The translations under genes and the position numbers were made by a program. A model generated the notes under the pieces. It had not been told where the DNA came from. It saw only the letters and a list, made by a program, of their open reading frames with translations, and did not search any database. Shown piece after piece: positions 29,107 to 38,348 of a stretch of 64,000 nucleotides of DNA. The stretch covers positions 160,001 through 224,000 of the forward strand of contig JBIJDH010000002.1 of the NCBI GenBank assembly GCA_044344255.1. Reading direction: 5' to 3'. Position 1 is the stretch's first letter, and each line of letters opens with the position of its first letter. Origin of the DNA: Myxococcota bacterium (GTDB taxonomy: Bacteria > Myxococcota_A > UBA796 > UBA2385).

Positions 29107-30581
29107 TCGCGCTGCTGTTGGGTTTCGTCTCGTCTGCGGCGGCCGCCCGACCGGACTCGGGCAGCGGCATGTTTGCCTTTGACGCAGCGGATGAGCTGGC
29201 CTGGGTCGAAGGGCCGGAGGGGCGGGTGCGCGTCACCTACAGCCTCTCGGGGCCGAACCAGACCCTCCTCGCCGACGACGATGGCTCCGGCTCCCCGGAC
29301 TACGCCGAGGATGTGGCCGCCTCCGCCGAGGCCGTGCTCGACTTCTACGCCGAGCTCGGCTTCCTCCGGCCCCTGTCCGAGGCCGACATGGGGCTCGGGG
29401 AGCTCGGCGGCAGCGGCGCCTTCGACTTCTACCTGCTTGACTTCGGCGGGTCGGCCGACGGCCAGTTCGTGACCGACACCTGCTCCGGCGGGCGCTGCTC
29501 GGGCTTCATGAACATGGAGAACGACTTCGCGGGCTACGGCTACAGCTCTCTCGCTGTCGCCATCCGCGTGCTGACGAGCCACGAGCTCTTTCATGCGGTG
29601 CAGGCCGCCTACAACGGCACCCAGGCCGCTTGGCTGAGCGAGGGCACGGCGGTCTGGGCCGAGTACCAGTACGACCCCGGCACGGAGGACTTCATCAGCC
29701 TCTGTGGGAGCTATCTGGCGGAGACCACCCGCTCCCTCGACTCCCCTCCGGCGGGCTCGGTCACGGGCTGGTCGTACGGGACCGCCCTCTTCTTCCAATT
29801 CCTGACGGAGCGTTACGCGCCGGGCGTGATCGTGGCCCTCGAGGAGGCGATGGAGGGGCGCGCGGCGGAGGGTGAGATCGCCGCGATCACCGACGTGCTC
29901 GCCGATTGGGGGACGGATTGGGCTACGGAGTGGCCGGTCTTCGCGCGGTGGAACCTCGCCGTGGGCAGCAGGGCCGGTGTGGCGGAGAGCTACCCCTTCG
30001 CGGCCTCCCTTCGAAAGATCGTCGAGGAGGCCGAGGGGAGCGAGATCGTCGATGACAACCGCTTCTACCCCCTCGCCGCCACCTACTTCCGCCTCGACCA
30101 CGCAGGCGGCCCGCTCTTCCTCGGCACCGCCGAGGACGCGGCCGGACTCGTCTTCACGGTACACCCCGTCGTCGATGGTGGTGACGACGGCCCGGTCGCC
30201 GACGCCATCGCCACCTGGGCCCCTGCCGGCCCCGAGACCCTCGAGCTCGGTGAGCAGCCGGCGGGGGGCTACTGGCTGGTCGGGAGCTACCCGGCGGTGG
30301 CCGATCAGAGCGTCAAGGTGCTCTTCTGCTTCGGTGGAGAGGCCGCCCTGGAGGCCTGCGCGGCCGGCCCCGTAGACTCCGGCGACCCCGCGGACAGCGG
30401 CGAGCCCGATGACACGGCGGGCGGGGAGGCCCCCGGGACGGGCGGAGAGGCTGACGAGGGGAAGGGCTGCGGCTGCGCCAGCGCCAAGCGCGCCGGTTCA
30501 GCGGCCAGCGGGCTCACGCTCCTGCTCAGCCTGGGCCTCGCGCTCGGCGCACGTAGGCGGCCCAGTCCTCCGGCGTGTTGA
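29103..30581 (+). CDS. Zinc metalloprotease-like surface protein with MYXO-CTERM-like tail
   Basis: HELFHAVQ plus downstream WLSEGTAVW (gluzincin-type); tail GKGCGC-hydrophobic-RRR; TTGA overlap with the HmuY-like gene. Confidence 0.85.
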   Translation: MIALLLGFVSSAAAARPDSGSGMFAFDAADELAWVEGPEGRVRVTYSLSGPNQTLLADDDGSGSPDYAEDVAASAEAVLDFYAELGFLRPLSEADMGLGELGGSGAFDFYLLDFGGSADGQFVTDTCSGGRCSGFMNMENDFAGYGYSSLAVAIRVLTSHELFHAVQAAYNGTQAAWLSEGTAVWAEYQYDPGTEDFISLCGSYLAETTRSLDSPPAGSVTGWSYGTALFFQFLTERYAPGVIVALEEAMEGRAAEGEIAAITDVLADWGTDWATEWPVFARWNLAVGSRAGVAESYPFAASLRKIVEEAEGSEIVDDNRFYPLAATYFRLDHAGGPLFLGTAEDAAGLVFTVHPVVDGGDDGPVADAIATWAPAGPETLELGEQPAGGYWLVGSYPAVADQSVKVLFCFGGEAALEACAAGPVDSGDPADSGEPDDTAGGEAPGTGGEADEGKGCGCASAKRAGSAASGLTLLLSLGLALGARRRPSPPAC

Positions 30582-31185
30582 GGTTGAGGGCGAGGTCCGG
30601 CCAGTCCACCGGCGCTCGCCGCGCCTCGGTGAGCGCCTGCTGGAGCGTGCCCTGCCGCAGCGCCTCCCGGGTCTCTCCCACCCGCACCCACACGGGATGA
30701 CCGGGCAGGCCCTCCCAGGTCGGGACGGCCGGAGCCCCACCGGAGAGCAGCGCCGCGAGCGCGGTGGCGGGCGCAGGGGCGACGTCGACCGGCGTGAGGA
30801 GGGCGGTGGCGTCGGCTGGGAGATCGGCGAGGGCCCGCTGCAAGGACTCCCGCGGCCCCGTGGTCGCCCAGTCGGGGTTGAGGACGATCGAGGGGGATAG
30901 ATCACAGGGCGCGAGCGCGCCGAAGGCCGCGAGGTAACGCTCCGCCTCGGCGCCGAGGACCACCCGGAGGGCGCGGGCGGCGGGGCGGAGCGCCCGGAGG
31001 TGGTGTTCGATCAGCGGCCGACCGTCGAGCCGCAGCAAGCCCTTCGGGCTCCCCATGCGCCGCGAGCCTCCTGCGGCGAGGATGATGGCCACGTCGGCGC
31101 GGAGGCCCTCTGCGATGGGGGTGTCCAGTAGGCCCCCCCGGTCGAATGCGCCACTGGTCAAGGCTCGGAGCCTCCCTCCGCCCAT
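30526..31185 (-). CDS. MobA/MocA-like NTP transferase
   Basis: ILAAGGSRRMGSPKGLL, NPDW..G..ESL, TPVD, GHPV, NLNTPED; start uncertain. Confidence 0.85.
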   Translation of the reverse strand: MGGGRLRALTSGAFDRGGLLDTPIAEGLRADVAIILAAGGSRRMGSPKGLLRLDGRPLIEHHLRALRPAARALRVVLGAEAERYLAAFGALAPCDLSPSIVLNPDWATTGPRESLQRALADLPADATALLTPVDVAPAPATALAALLSGGAPAVPTWEGLPGHPVWVRVGETREALRQGTLQQALTEARRAPVDWPDLALNLNTPEDWAAYVRRARGPG

Positions 31186-31199
31186 GTTACCGCTGGCGG

Positions 31200-32093
31200 A
31201 TGAACGTACCCTCCCAGGCCGCGAGGCGCCGCGCCCTCCCTGTCGCGGTCGGGCTGAGCGTCGGCCTCGGCGCGGTCGCCGCTGGCTGTGTGGGGCGGAG
31301 CGGCCGCGAGGTGCCCCAGCCTGCTCCCGTCCGCTACCACGTGTCGGTCCAGGCTCAGTTTGAGACCAGCGGCCAGGACGGCGAAGGCGCAGCCTTGAGC
31401 GCCCTCCAGGGCCTCGGCTCCCGCGCCGAGGCGCTCGAGCTGGACTTGTCGCTCCGCTGGGCGCGTGAGTACCGCGACGGCTCGGAGGGCCTGCTCGTGG
31501 CCTTTGATCGCGCGGCCGGGACCGCGCGGGGCCCCGAGGGCGAACGGCGCATCGATCCCCACCCCCTGCAGGGTCGGAGCGTGGAGCTGCGCCGCTTCCC
31601 CGACGGGGAGCTGCTGCGGGTCGGGCTGCTCGAACACGTGGCCGGCGGCGATCGAGGTGGGGAGCTCTGGGCGCCGGTCCTCGCGGCCTTGAGCCCGCGC
31701 CCCCCCGACATCCGTGGCGAGGGGGAGCACGCCGCCCGGACGGCGCGCTGGCCGCTCTTCCTCAACCCCGGGCGCGGGGCCTGGGAGACGATCGACGCCG
31801 ACTGGACCCTCCTCCCCATGGCACGGATCGGCTCAGACCGATGCTGGAACCTCCGCTACGCCGGTGACTGGCGCACCGAAGGGGGAGACGCCGCCGCGTC
31901 GCCGAGCCTGGTCATCCGCGCCCAAGGGCGGGCCGAGGGCGAGGTGTGGATCTCGCGCGCGGACCACGGTCTCGTGCGCCACACGCTGCGCTGGAGCCGT
32001 CGCCTCCACCTGCCGCTCTCCGTGGGAGCGGGGGCGGGCGGCGCCATCGACCAGACGCAGACCTACACCGCGGTCCTGGAGCGCAGCCCATGA
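31200..32093 (+). CDS. Hypothetical lipoprotein
   Basis: RRR-hydrophobic-AAGC lipobox; beta-rich; ATGA coupling to the next gene. Confidence 0.7.
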   Translation: MNVPSQAARRRALPVAVGLSVGLGAVAAGCVGRSGREVPQPAPVRYHVSVQAQFETSGQDGEGAALSALQGLGSRAEALELDLSLRWAREYRDGSEGLLVAFDRAAGTARGPEGERRIDPHPLQGRSVELRRFPDGELLRVGLLEHVAGGDRGGELWAPVLAALSPRPPDIRGEGEHAARTARWPLFLNPGRGAWETIDADWTLLPMARIGSDRCWNLRYAGDWRTEGGDAAASPSLVIRAQGRAEGEVWISRADHGLVRHTLRWSRRLHLPLSVGAGAGGAIDQTQTYTAVLERSP

Positions 32094-32557
32094 TCGGCCT
32101 CATCTTCCTGGTCGCCGCCGGGCCGGCCCTCCCAGACGACGCGCCGCTGCCGCGGTACCTCGACGATCGGCGGGTCTCGGCGGTTATCCGCGCGGCGCTG
32201 CCTGCGGCCACGGCCTGCGGGGCCTCTGCCCCTGGGGCGGTGGAGCTCGAGCTGCGGGTCGGCGCCGAGGGGGGCGTGTTGGGCGTCGGGCCCCCCGAGG
32301 TCCCCGCGTGCTGGGTCGAGGCCGCCCGTGGCTGGATCTTCCCCGCCCATGATGACGACCCGGTGATGATCCGGGTGCGGCTGGCCTCTGTCACAGGGGA
32401 AGCGCCGGTGCTCTTGGAGTCCGTTGTGCTCCCTCGCGACGTGGGCCCCCTGTTCCTGTATCTTCCTTCGGATCTGGACCCCGAGCGCCGAGCGGCGATC
32501 GACGCGCTGCTCGGCTTCGGCGGCGCAGCCGCGCAGGCTCCGGGCTCCGCGCGGTAG
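32090..32557 (+). CDS. Small exported protein with a TonB-C / AgmX-C-terminal-like domain
   Basis: C...GAVELELRVGAEGGV...ACWVEAARGWIFP pattern; short signal peptide. Confidence 0.55.
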   Translation: MIGLIFLVAAGPALPDDAPLPRYLDDRRVSAVIRAALPAATACGASAPGAVELELRVGAEGGVLGVGPPEVPACWVEAARGWIFPAHDDDPVMIRVRLASVTGEAPVLLESVVLPRDVGPLFLYLPSDLDPERRAAIDALLGFGGAAAQAPGSAR

Positions 32558-32580
32558 ACTCGGCTCGAAGAGGGTGCTTG

Positions 32581-35500
32581 ATGGAAAGCGGCTACGACAT
32601 CGAAGAGCGGTTGAAGGTGCTGATCTCGGGGTGTACCTGGGTCCGCGAGGTCAGCCGAGCGGTCCAATTGGTGCCGGGCCTCGCCGACGATCTGCCGCCG
32701 CTCTGCAGCCTGCCGGGCGCGCAGGGTGAGCCCACCTCGCTGATCCCGATGCCGGCGTCGGCCGATCTCTTCACCGCGCTCGGGCTCGTGATGAAGCGAG
32801 AGCTGGAGCGCGCCATCAAGGGAGAGCCGAGCCCGCGGCCCGAGGAGCTTCCGGTCGCGGACCTCGCCGCTGATCCGCTGGTCATCGAGCTCGTCCGCGA
32901 GATGCTGGAGTGTTCCTGGCCAGGGCTCCGCGCTCGGTCGGTGCCTGCCCTCGCGCTCGGCTGGGCGGCGCCCCGCCTCATCTCTGGGCGCGCGGGAGAG
33001 GTCCCCGGCCCCTCCAAGGAGACCGCTCGCCACCTGGATGAGCTGGCGCAGCAGATGGGCAAGCTCCACCTCACCGAGCGGGGCCCGTTGCTGCACCGCC
33101 TCGGCTGGGCGATCTCCGGTCGATACGCGGCGGCCCTCACCTTCGCCTGCCGGGCCAACCCGCGGACCCAGACCGGCGGGCTCGCTCGTCAGCTCCTGCC
33201 GAACCCGCTCGTGCTCGCCTTCCCCCGCGGGAGCGTCGAAGGGGGGCCCAACCTCGATCTGGTCGCCGCCTTCCTCGGCCTCTCGCTCGATCAGGGCCTG
33301 CTCCAGCAGCTGGAGGCGGTCACCCGCCTCGCGCTCCAAACCTCCAAGGCTCGCGTGGAGAAGGGCAAGGGTGAGGCGGTGGATCTGGCCCTCCAAGCCC
33401 TACTCCCACAGGATGGGTCGGCCGGGGATCCCTGGGTGGTGCTGCTCCACCCGCTGGCCGGCCCCTTCCTCATCTCCGGCCTCCCCAGCCTCGTGACCAT
33501 GAAGGAGGTGACCGCGGCGGGCGTACCGAAGGAGGTGGCCAAGAGCTTCGGGGATCGCACCGCGATCCGCGCGCTGCTGGCGGCCTGGTCCGAGCTCTCG
33601 CAGGCCGTGCTGCGCTGGGACGTGCTGGCGTCGATCTGCGATCGGGTGCTGCCGATCCGCTTCGAGGGCAACCGCTGGGTGGGGCCGTCGGGCCCCCTCC
33701 CGCAGGACGCACGGTGGGCCTTCGGCTTGCCTCGCGCCTCCGCCGCCTCCAACGAGGGCCATGTGGTGGCGGTGCGCCTCGGCCCCCTCCGGCTGGCCGT
33801 CTCGGAGGCTGCGCGGAGCAAGGGGATCAAGGGGTCGAGCGGCGCGGCCTGGCGCTGCTGGAGCGAGCTCACCGCCCGGGCCGGCGCGCTGATGGACAGC
33901 GTCATCGCCGATCACGGCGTCGCTGTCTTCCCCTCCGCCGCCGCTGCCTTCTCGTTCGCGCGCGCGGCTCGGAGTCGCCTCGGCGGCGGGCGGGAGCTCC
34001 CGCTCGGACCCCTCCAGCAGCCGATGAGCCTCCCGAGCGGCATCATCCCGCCCATCGGCATCGCGAGCGGCGAGGTGCTGGGCGGGCACGACGGGGAGAC
34101 GGCCTCCTTCGGCGGTCGGGCGGTCGCCGAGGCGATCTTCCTGGCTGGAAATGGTCGTGTGGACCGCATCGCAGACGACCCCTTCGGGGTTCGACGGGTG
34201 GGCTACGGAGGAGCGGGCCTCGGCAATGACGGTGTCGCCGCCTCGCGTGCCTTCCTCGCGGCGCTGCTCTCTGGGGTGGAGCGCGCGGGCACCGCCCTTC
34301 ACCGCGCCGGGGAGACCACCCGGGTGGCGGGCGTGGCCGCGGACTTCACGAGCTGGCCGGTCCCCGCATGGTGGGAGATCGGCGAAGAGGTCGTGATGGC
34401 CCTGCCGCTGGAGGCCGGATCGGCTCAGGGGCCGGTTGAGCTGGCCTTCCTGACCCGCGACACCTTCACCGAGCTGGCGCGGGCAGACGCGGATCGAGCG
34501 CGTCGCTCCCCCAGCGCTGCGTCGGCCGCCGGTCGCCCCGCTCCGGGCGCCCCGGAGGGTCTCCCGCCCAGCCGCTCCTTCGTGGGAGGCACCTCCGCCC
34601 CGCCCGCCGCGCCGGAGCCCACCTCGGTCGCCCCTCGGGGGCCTGCCCCGGCGGGCTCACTCGCGGAGCCCGCCGCCCGCGTCTCCGCGCCGATGACCCT
34701 CGACGACTTCGAGGATGATGACTCGGCCGGGCCGCTGATCACCACCGCCGCGAAGGGCCACTCTCGGGTGGGCCTCGGCAGCTTCGGCGGCGCCTCGCTG
34801 ATGCCTCCGCCCGCCTCGACGCCCAAGGTCGCCCCGCCCGCGACGCTCTCGCCATTCGCCCCGCCGACCCCGCCGACCCCGCCGACCCCGCCGACCCCAC
34901 CCGCGCCGTCGACACCCCCCGCGCCGCCGACCCCGCCGGCGGCGGCTCCGAGGCCGGCCCCCGCCGCCGATCCCTTCGGCGCATCACCCCCGAAGGGGCC
35001 TCCGCTGAGCGATCCTTTCAGCGCGGCCCCGACGAAGCCCGTCCCGCCCAGCGATCCCTTCGGAGCTGCCCCGACGCGTTCGGTCCCGCTCTCCGATCCC
35101 TTTGGCGCGGCGCCCTCGAAGGCTTCGACCCCATCGCCCTCGCCCGCCGATCCGTTCGGCGCCTCTTCCTCCCCCGCTGCCGCGAGCTCCGGGGTCAGCG
35201 ATCCCTTCGGCGCCCCGTCGGCGCGGCCTGCGGCGCCCTCAGCGAGCGCAGGTCCAGGCCTGGTCGACCCCTTCGCCCTCGGCTTCGGCGATGATCCGGA
35301 GCCGGTGGGTCAGCAGGGCGATCCGCGCCCCCGCGTCGGCTCGCTCGCCTTGCTCGAGGATGGCCCGACGGAGGCGCCATCGGGGCCTCGGACTTCGGCG
35401 CCGATGATCTTCGAGGATGACCTCACGGAGGAGGAGACCGACTCACAGGACATGGTCGCCCCCGAGGTGGAGGTGAACGACGACTGGGAAGAAGAGAGCT

Positions 35501-36363
35501 CGGACGAGGACTCCTGGCTCGACGAGGCCGGAGATCCCGTACAATGGAGGAAGGACAAGCCCGTCCCCAGCAGCCACACGCCCTCGCCCCTGCCCTCCTT
35601 GCCGGAGCGGGGCCGGGGCGCCTCGGAGCCGCGCGATCGCGCCGATCATGCGCGCCGGCCTTCGCCGATGGACGACGTCGAGCTGTCTCAGCTCGGCCCG
35701 ATCGGGGAGGAGGACGAGCCAGAGCTGGGCTTCGCCTTCGACGAGCTCGAGCCGGCTGGGGACAGCTTCGGAGACGGCATCCCGCGCTTCCCGTCCCTGG
35801 ATGGTCCCAGCGCGCCCTCCGACGCGCAACCCGGAGCCTTCGATCTGAGCGGTCCGAACGAGCTCTCCGATCTGGGCGGCTTCGCGATGTGGTCGGACCT
35901 GCCGTCGGTCGAGCCCACGCCTCTGCCCGCCGCGACCACCCGCTCCACCGCGGCGCCGCCGCCCGTGGCCACCACGGCGCCCGCGCCACTCGCGCCGCCA
36001 ATCGCGCCGCCCGCGCCCACCGCGCCGCCCGTGGCCCCCGCGCCCACCGCGGCGCCGTCCCGCCCGAGCCGCCCGGATCCGATGGTGGCTGAGCTCGTCC
36101 GTCTGCTCAAGGGCTACGTCGTCAAGACCGACGGCGGCGCCGTGATCCTCGGCCTGCGGGACGGGAGCCTCCTCCGCGACGCGCACACCTACCCCGGGGA
36201 TGCGGGACACCTCAAGGCATATCGAGGCTTCCTGAAGGACAAGATCGCCGAAGGCTTCATCCCGCAGACCGACCGCACCCTGCCCGCCGGGCCTGTCCAG
36301 GGCCTCAGCGACATTCAGCCGACCCTGATCGAACAGGCCTACCGGGAGATCAAGAACGGATGA
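32581..36363 (+). CDS. Large hypothetical protein: N-terminal globular region with a degenerate class III cyclase-like domain, long Pro/acidic DPF-repeat linker and small C-terminal domain
   Basis: 1260-aa ORF with coding GC3; DHGVAVF...IGIASGEV...GRAVAEA..LA pattern; seven clustered DPF motifs. Confidence 0.75.
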   Translation: MESGYDIEERLKVLISGCTWVREVSRAVQLVPGLADDLPPLCSLPGAQGEPTSLIPMPASADLFTALGLVMKRELERAIKGEPSPRPEELPVADLAADPLVIELVREMLECSWPGLRARSVPALALGWAAPRLISGRAGEVPGPSKETARHLDELAQQMGKLHLTERGPLLHRLGWAISGRYAAALTFACRANPRTQTGGLARQLLPNPLVLAFPRGSVEGGPNLDLVAAFLGLSLDQGLLQQLEAVTRLALQTSKARVEKGKGEAVDLALQALLPQDGSAGDPWVVLLHPLAGPFLISGLPSLVTMKEVTAAGVPKEVAKSFGDRTAIRALLAAWSELSQAVLRWDVLASICDRVLPIRFEGNRWVGPSGPLPQDARWAFGLPRASAASNEGHVVAVRLGPLRLAVSEAARSKGIKGSSGAAWRCWSELTARAGALMDSVIADHGVAVFPSAAAAFSFARAARSRLGGGRELPLGPLQQPMSLPSGIIPPIGIASGEVLGGHDGETASFGGRAVAEAIFLAGNGRVDRIADDPFGVRRVGYGGAGLGNDGVAASRAFLAALLSGVERAGTALHRAGETTRVAGVAADFTSWPVPAWWEIGEEVVMALPLEAGSAQGPVELAFLTRDTFTELARADADRARRSPSAASAAGRPAPGAPEGLPPSRSFVGGTSAPPAAPEPTSVAPRGPAPAGSLAEPAARVSAPMTLDDFEDDDSAGPLITTAAKGHSRVGLGSFGGASLMPPPASTPKVAPPATLSPFAPPTPPTPPTPPTPPAPSTPPAPPTPPAAAPRPAPAADPFGASPPKGPPLSDPFSAAPTKPVPPSDPFGAAPTRSVPLSDPFGAAPSKASTPSPSPADPFGASSSPAAASSGVSDPFGAPSARPAAPSASAGPGLVDPFALGFGDDPEPVGQQGDPRPRVGSLALLEDGPTEAPSGPRTSAPMIFEDDLTEEETDSQDMVAPEVEVNDDWEEESSDEDSWLDEAGDPVQWRKDKPVPSSHTPSPLPSLPERGRGASEPRDRADHARRPSPMDDVELSQLGPIGEEDEPELGFAFDELEPAGDSFGDGIPRFPSLDGPSAPSDAQPGAFDLSGPNELSDLGGFAMWSDLPSVEPTPLPAATTRSTAAPPPVATTAPAPLAPPIAPPAPTAPPVAPAPTAAPSRPSRPDPMVAELVRLLKGYVVKTDGGAVILGLRDGSLLRDAHTYPGDAGHLKAYRGFLKDKIAEGFIPQTDRTLPAGPVQGLSDIQPTLIEQAYREIKNG

Positions 36364-36869
36364 GCGATCCACGATCCACCGCCCGCTCGTCCTCGGCGCG
36401 ATCGCCATCCCTCGGCGGGCTGGTCCTCGTCGCGCCGCTCGCCGTCGCCGTCGCCTGCGGGAAGGCGGCTGACGACACGGGCGCGCCGCCCCCCGAGGTC
36501 GCGGGGAACTACCAGGTCTTCCCGACGGGCACGGTCGGCTGCGAGGAGGGCGACTCCGTCCTGATCACGGATTGGGCCGAGGGCCCGCTTGTGATCGAGG
36601 GTCCCGCCGGATCGCTGCGCTTTGACTTTGGGGAGGACTATGCCTTCGACGGATATGTCGGCGGCGACGCCCGCTTCCGCTTCAGCGGGGAGGCCACCTC
36701 GCTCGCCTCTCACCTCGACATAGACGGGTCTGGAACCTTCGAGAATGTGGGCGGGTACTGGAAGATCGACGGACAGTTCGACGCCGTGGTCGATGAGGAC
36801 GGCCTGTCCTCGAATGACTGCACGCTGACCGTCACCTTCGAGGCGACGGAGCTCCACGCCGAGCCCTGA
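36360..36869 (+). CDS. Hypothetical lipoprotein
   Basis: Lipobox AVAC, DDTG linker, two further Cys; ATGA overlap. Confidence 0.75.
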   Translation: MSDPRSTARSSSARSPSLGGLVLVAPLAVAVACGKAADDTGAPPPEVAGNYQVFPTGTVGCEEGDSVLITDWAEGPLVIEGPAGSLRFDFGEDYAFDGYVGGDARFRFSGEATSLASHLDIDGSGTFENVGGYWKIDGQFDAVVDEDGLSSNDCTLTVTFEATELHAEP

Positions 36870-37084
36870 GGGGGGGCTTCGCCGGGGGCTCATGGTGGGG
36901 CTCGTTTCGGCGGTCGGGACCCGTCGCCATCGAGATGGAAACCGGCTACACGGTCTCATTCTTCCAGCAGGCCCCGCTTCGGGGGGGCGCCGGGACGGCC
37001 AGATGCCATCCGAAGCGCCTTCGGGCTGAACGTGGCACACGTCGGCTTCGCGGCGACCTTCGAGCTGGGCAAAAAGGTGCGGTG

Positions 37085-37606
37085 ATGAAGCTCTATCGGT
37101 CCAAGATCCCAGAGATCGCCCGCGCGGTCATCCAAAATCTCTGTCACGACGGCGCGCTTGAGGTCGCGCCGGAGAACCGGCCCGAGGCCGAGCTCGACCT
37201 CACCGCGGTGATGGAAGAGTACCTCCGCCGGGACGCCGAGCTTCGGGAGCGCGTGCGCGAGCACATGGAGCTCCAGAACATCGCGTACGACCGCTACGGC
37301 AAGGTGCGGGCGCAGATGGCCGAGGAGTGGGGCCACCCCACCGGAGAAGACGTCGAGCGTTTCTTGGCCCGGCAGTTCGTCGAGAACTTCATGATCTCTC
37401 GCTTCGTCGAAGAGGTCTTCGCCGAAGACAAGGACATCTACAAGGCCATGCTCGAGATCTTGCGCAAGCATGATGTAGACGAGCGGGCGATCCGCGATGA
37501 GGCCTTGGAGAAGATCAAGAACATCGCCGAGGGCACTGTGGAGTACGAGATCGCGCTCTCGCGCGCGATCAAGGACGTCAAGAAGCGCCACGGCCTCATT
37601 TCCTGA
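37085..37606 (+). CDS. DUF507-family protein
   Basis: MKLYRSKIPEIAR...EAELDL.AVMEEYL...FVEEVFAED pattern of deltaproteobacterial DUF507. Confidence 0.75.
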   Translation: MKLYRSKIPEIARAVIQNLCHDGALEVAPENRPEAELDLTAVMEEYLRRDAELRERVREHMELQNIAYDRYGKVRAQMAEEWGHPTGEDVERFLARQFVENFMISRFVEEVFAEDKDIYKAMLEILRKHDVDERAIRDEALEKIKNIAEGTVEYEIALSRAIKDVKKRHGLIS

Positions 37607-37663
37607 GCTGGGCGTGAAGGGTCCTGAGCCGGGCGTGAAGGGTCCTGAGCCGGGCGTGAAGGG
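37601..37663 (+). repeat. 3 x 21-bp tandem repeat spanning a stop/start junction
   Basis: TCCTGAGC(T/C)GGGCGTGAAGGG three times. Confidence 0.95.
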
Positions 37664-38336
37664 CTTGGGGTGCCGCCTTCGCCGAGCCGGCCTCGGCCTG
37701 TGGCTCGGTGGAGCCGCGCTGCTGTTCCCCGCCTGTGATGAGCCCGCACCCTCGGCGGAGCGCCAGGCCGTCGAGCTCGCGAAGAAGGCGCCACCGCCGC
37801 CGCGGGCCTCCACGCTGCCGGCCGGCGCGGTCGAGATCAAGCTCGCCTGGACGCGAGTGGGGCGCACCCATCAGTCCTTCTTTGGCGTCTCCACCTTCGT
37901 CGACGCCCTCTCCGTCGGGCTGACCGGCCTCGTCCGCTCGCCGGCCACCCTGCAGATCCGCTACGACGAGGCGACGGCCAAGGGGCAGATCCACCTCTCG
38001 GCCCCCGCGGGCGCGCTGCGGGTGGCGCCGAAGCGGCAGGGCGCGCGGGTCGATCTCCAGCCGCTGAGCCCGGTCCTCGAAGCCCTCGCCGCCTACCGCG
38101 CCGAGGTGTCCGGGCGCTACGACCTTCGCATCCTCAACTTCCACACCGGGATCGAGGCCGAGGGAGGCGGCCATCGCTGCGTCGTCGGGGTGCCTGAGGT
38201 CGGCGCCGGGGACGGCCGCGTCGTCTCGCCCTGCGTCGAGTTTGACGGCGTCGTGCTCTGCGGGGAGCCATCGGCGGAGGGGGTCACCTTCCCGGTAGAG
38301 CGCGCCGCCGAGCTCGCGGCCTGCTTCGGGGCGTAG
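37656..38336 (+). CDS. Hypothetical lipoprotein
   Basis: RLRR-hydrophobic-FPAC lipobox; alternative in-frame GTG starts at 37614 and 37635 inside the repeat. Confidence 0.7.
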   Translation: MKGLGCRLRRAGLGLWLGGAALLFPACDEPAPSAERQAVELAKKAPPPPRASTLPAGAVEIKLAWTRVGRTHQSFFGVSTFVDALSVGLTGLVRSPATLQIRYDEATAKGQIHLSAPAGALRVAPKRQGARVDLQPLSPVLEALAAYRAEVSGRYDLRILNFHTGIEAEGGGHRCVVGVPEVGAGDGRVVSPCVEFDGVVLCGEPSAEGVTFPVERAAELAACFGA

Positions 38337-38348
38337 CGCGCGGCGGCC

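Noticed and set aside
34855..34940. CCGCCGACC repeats (also the 18-bp repeats near 27345-27390 and the 15-bp repeats near 293-328)
   Set aside because: In-frame Pro/Ser-rich linker expansions with no independent DNA-level function evident.
37601..37663. Possible mini CRISPR array
   Set aside because: The units are head-to-tail with no spacers, and there are no cas genes; it is a simple tandem repeat.
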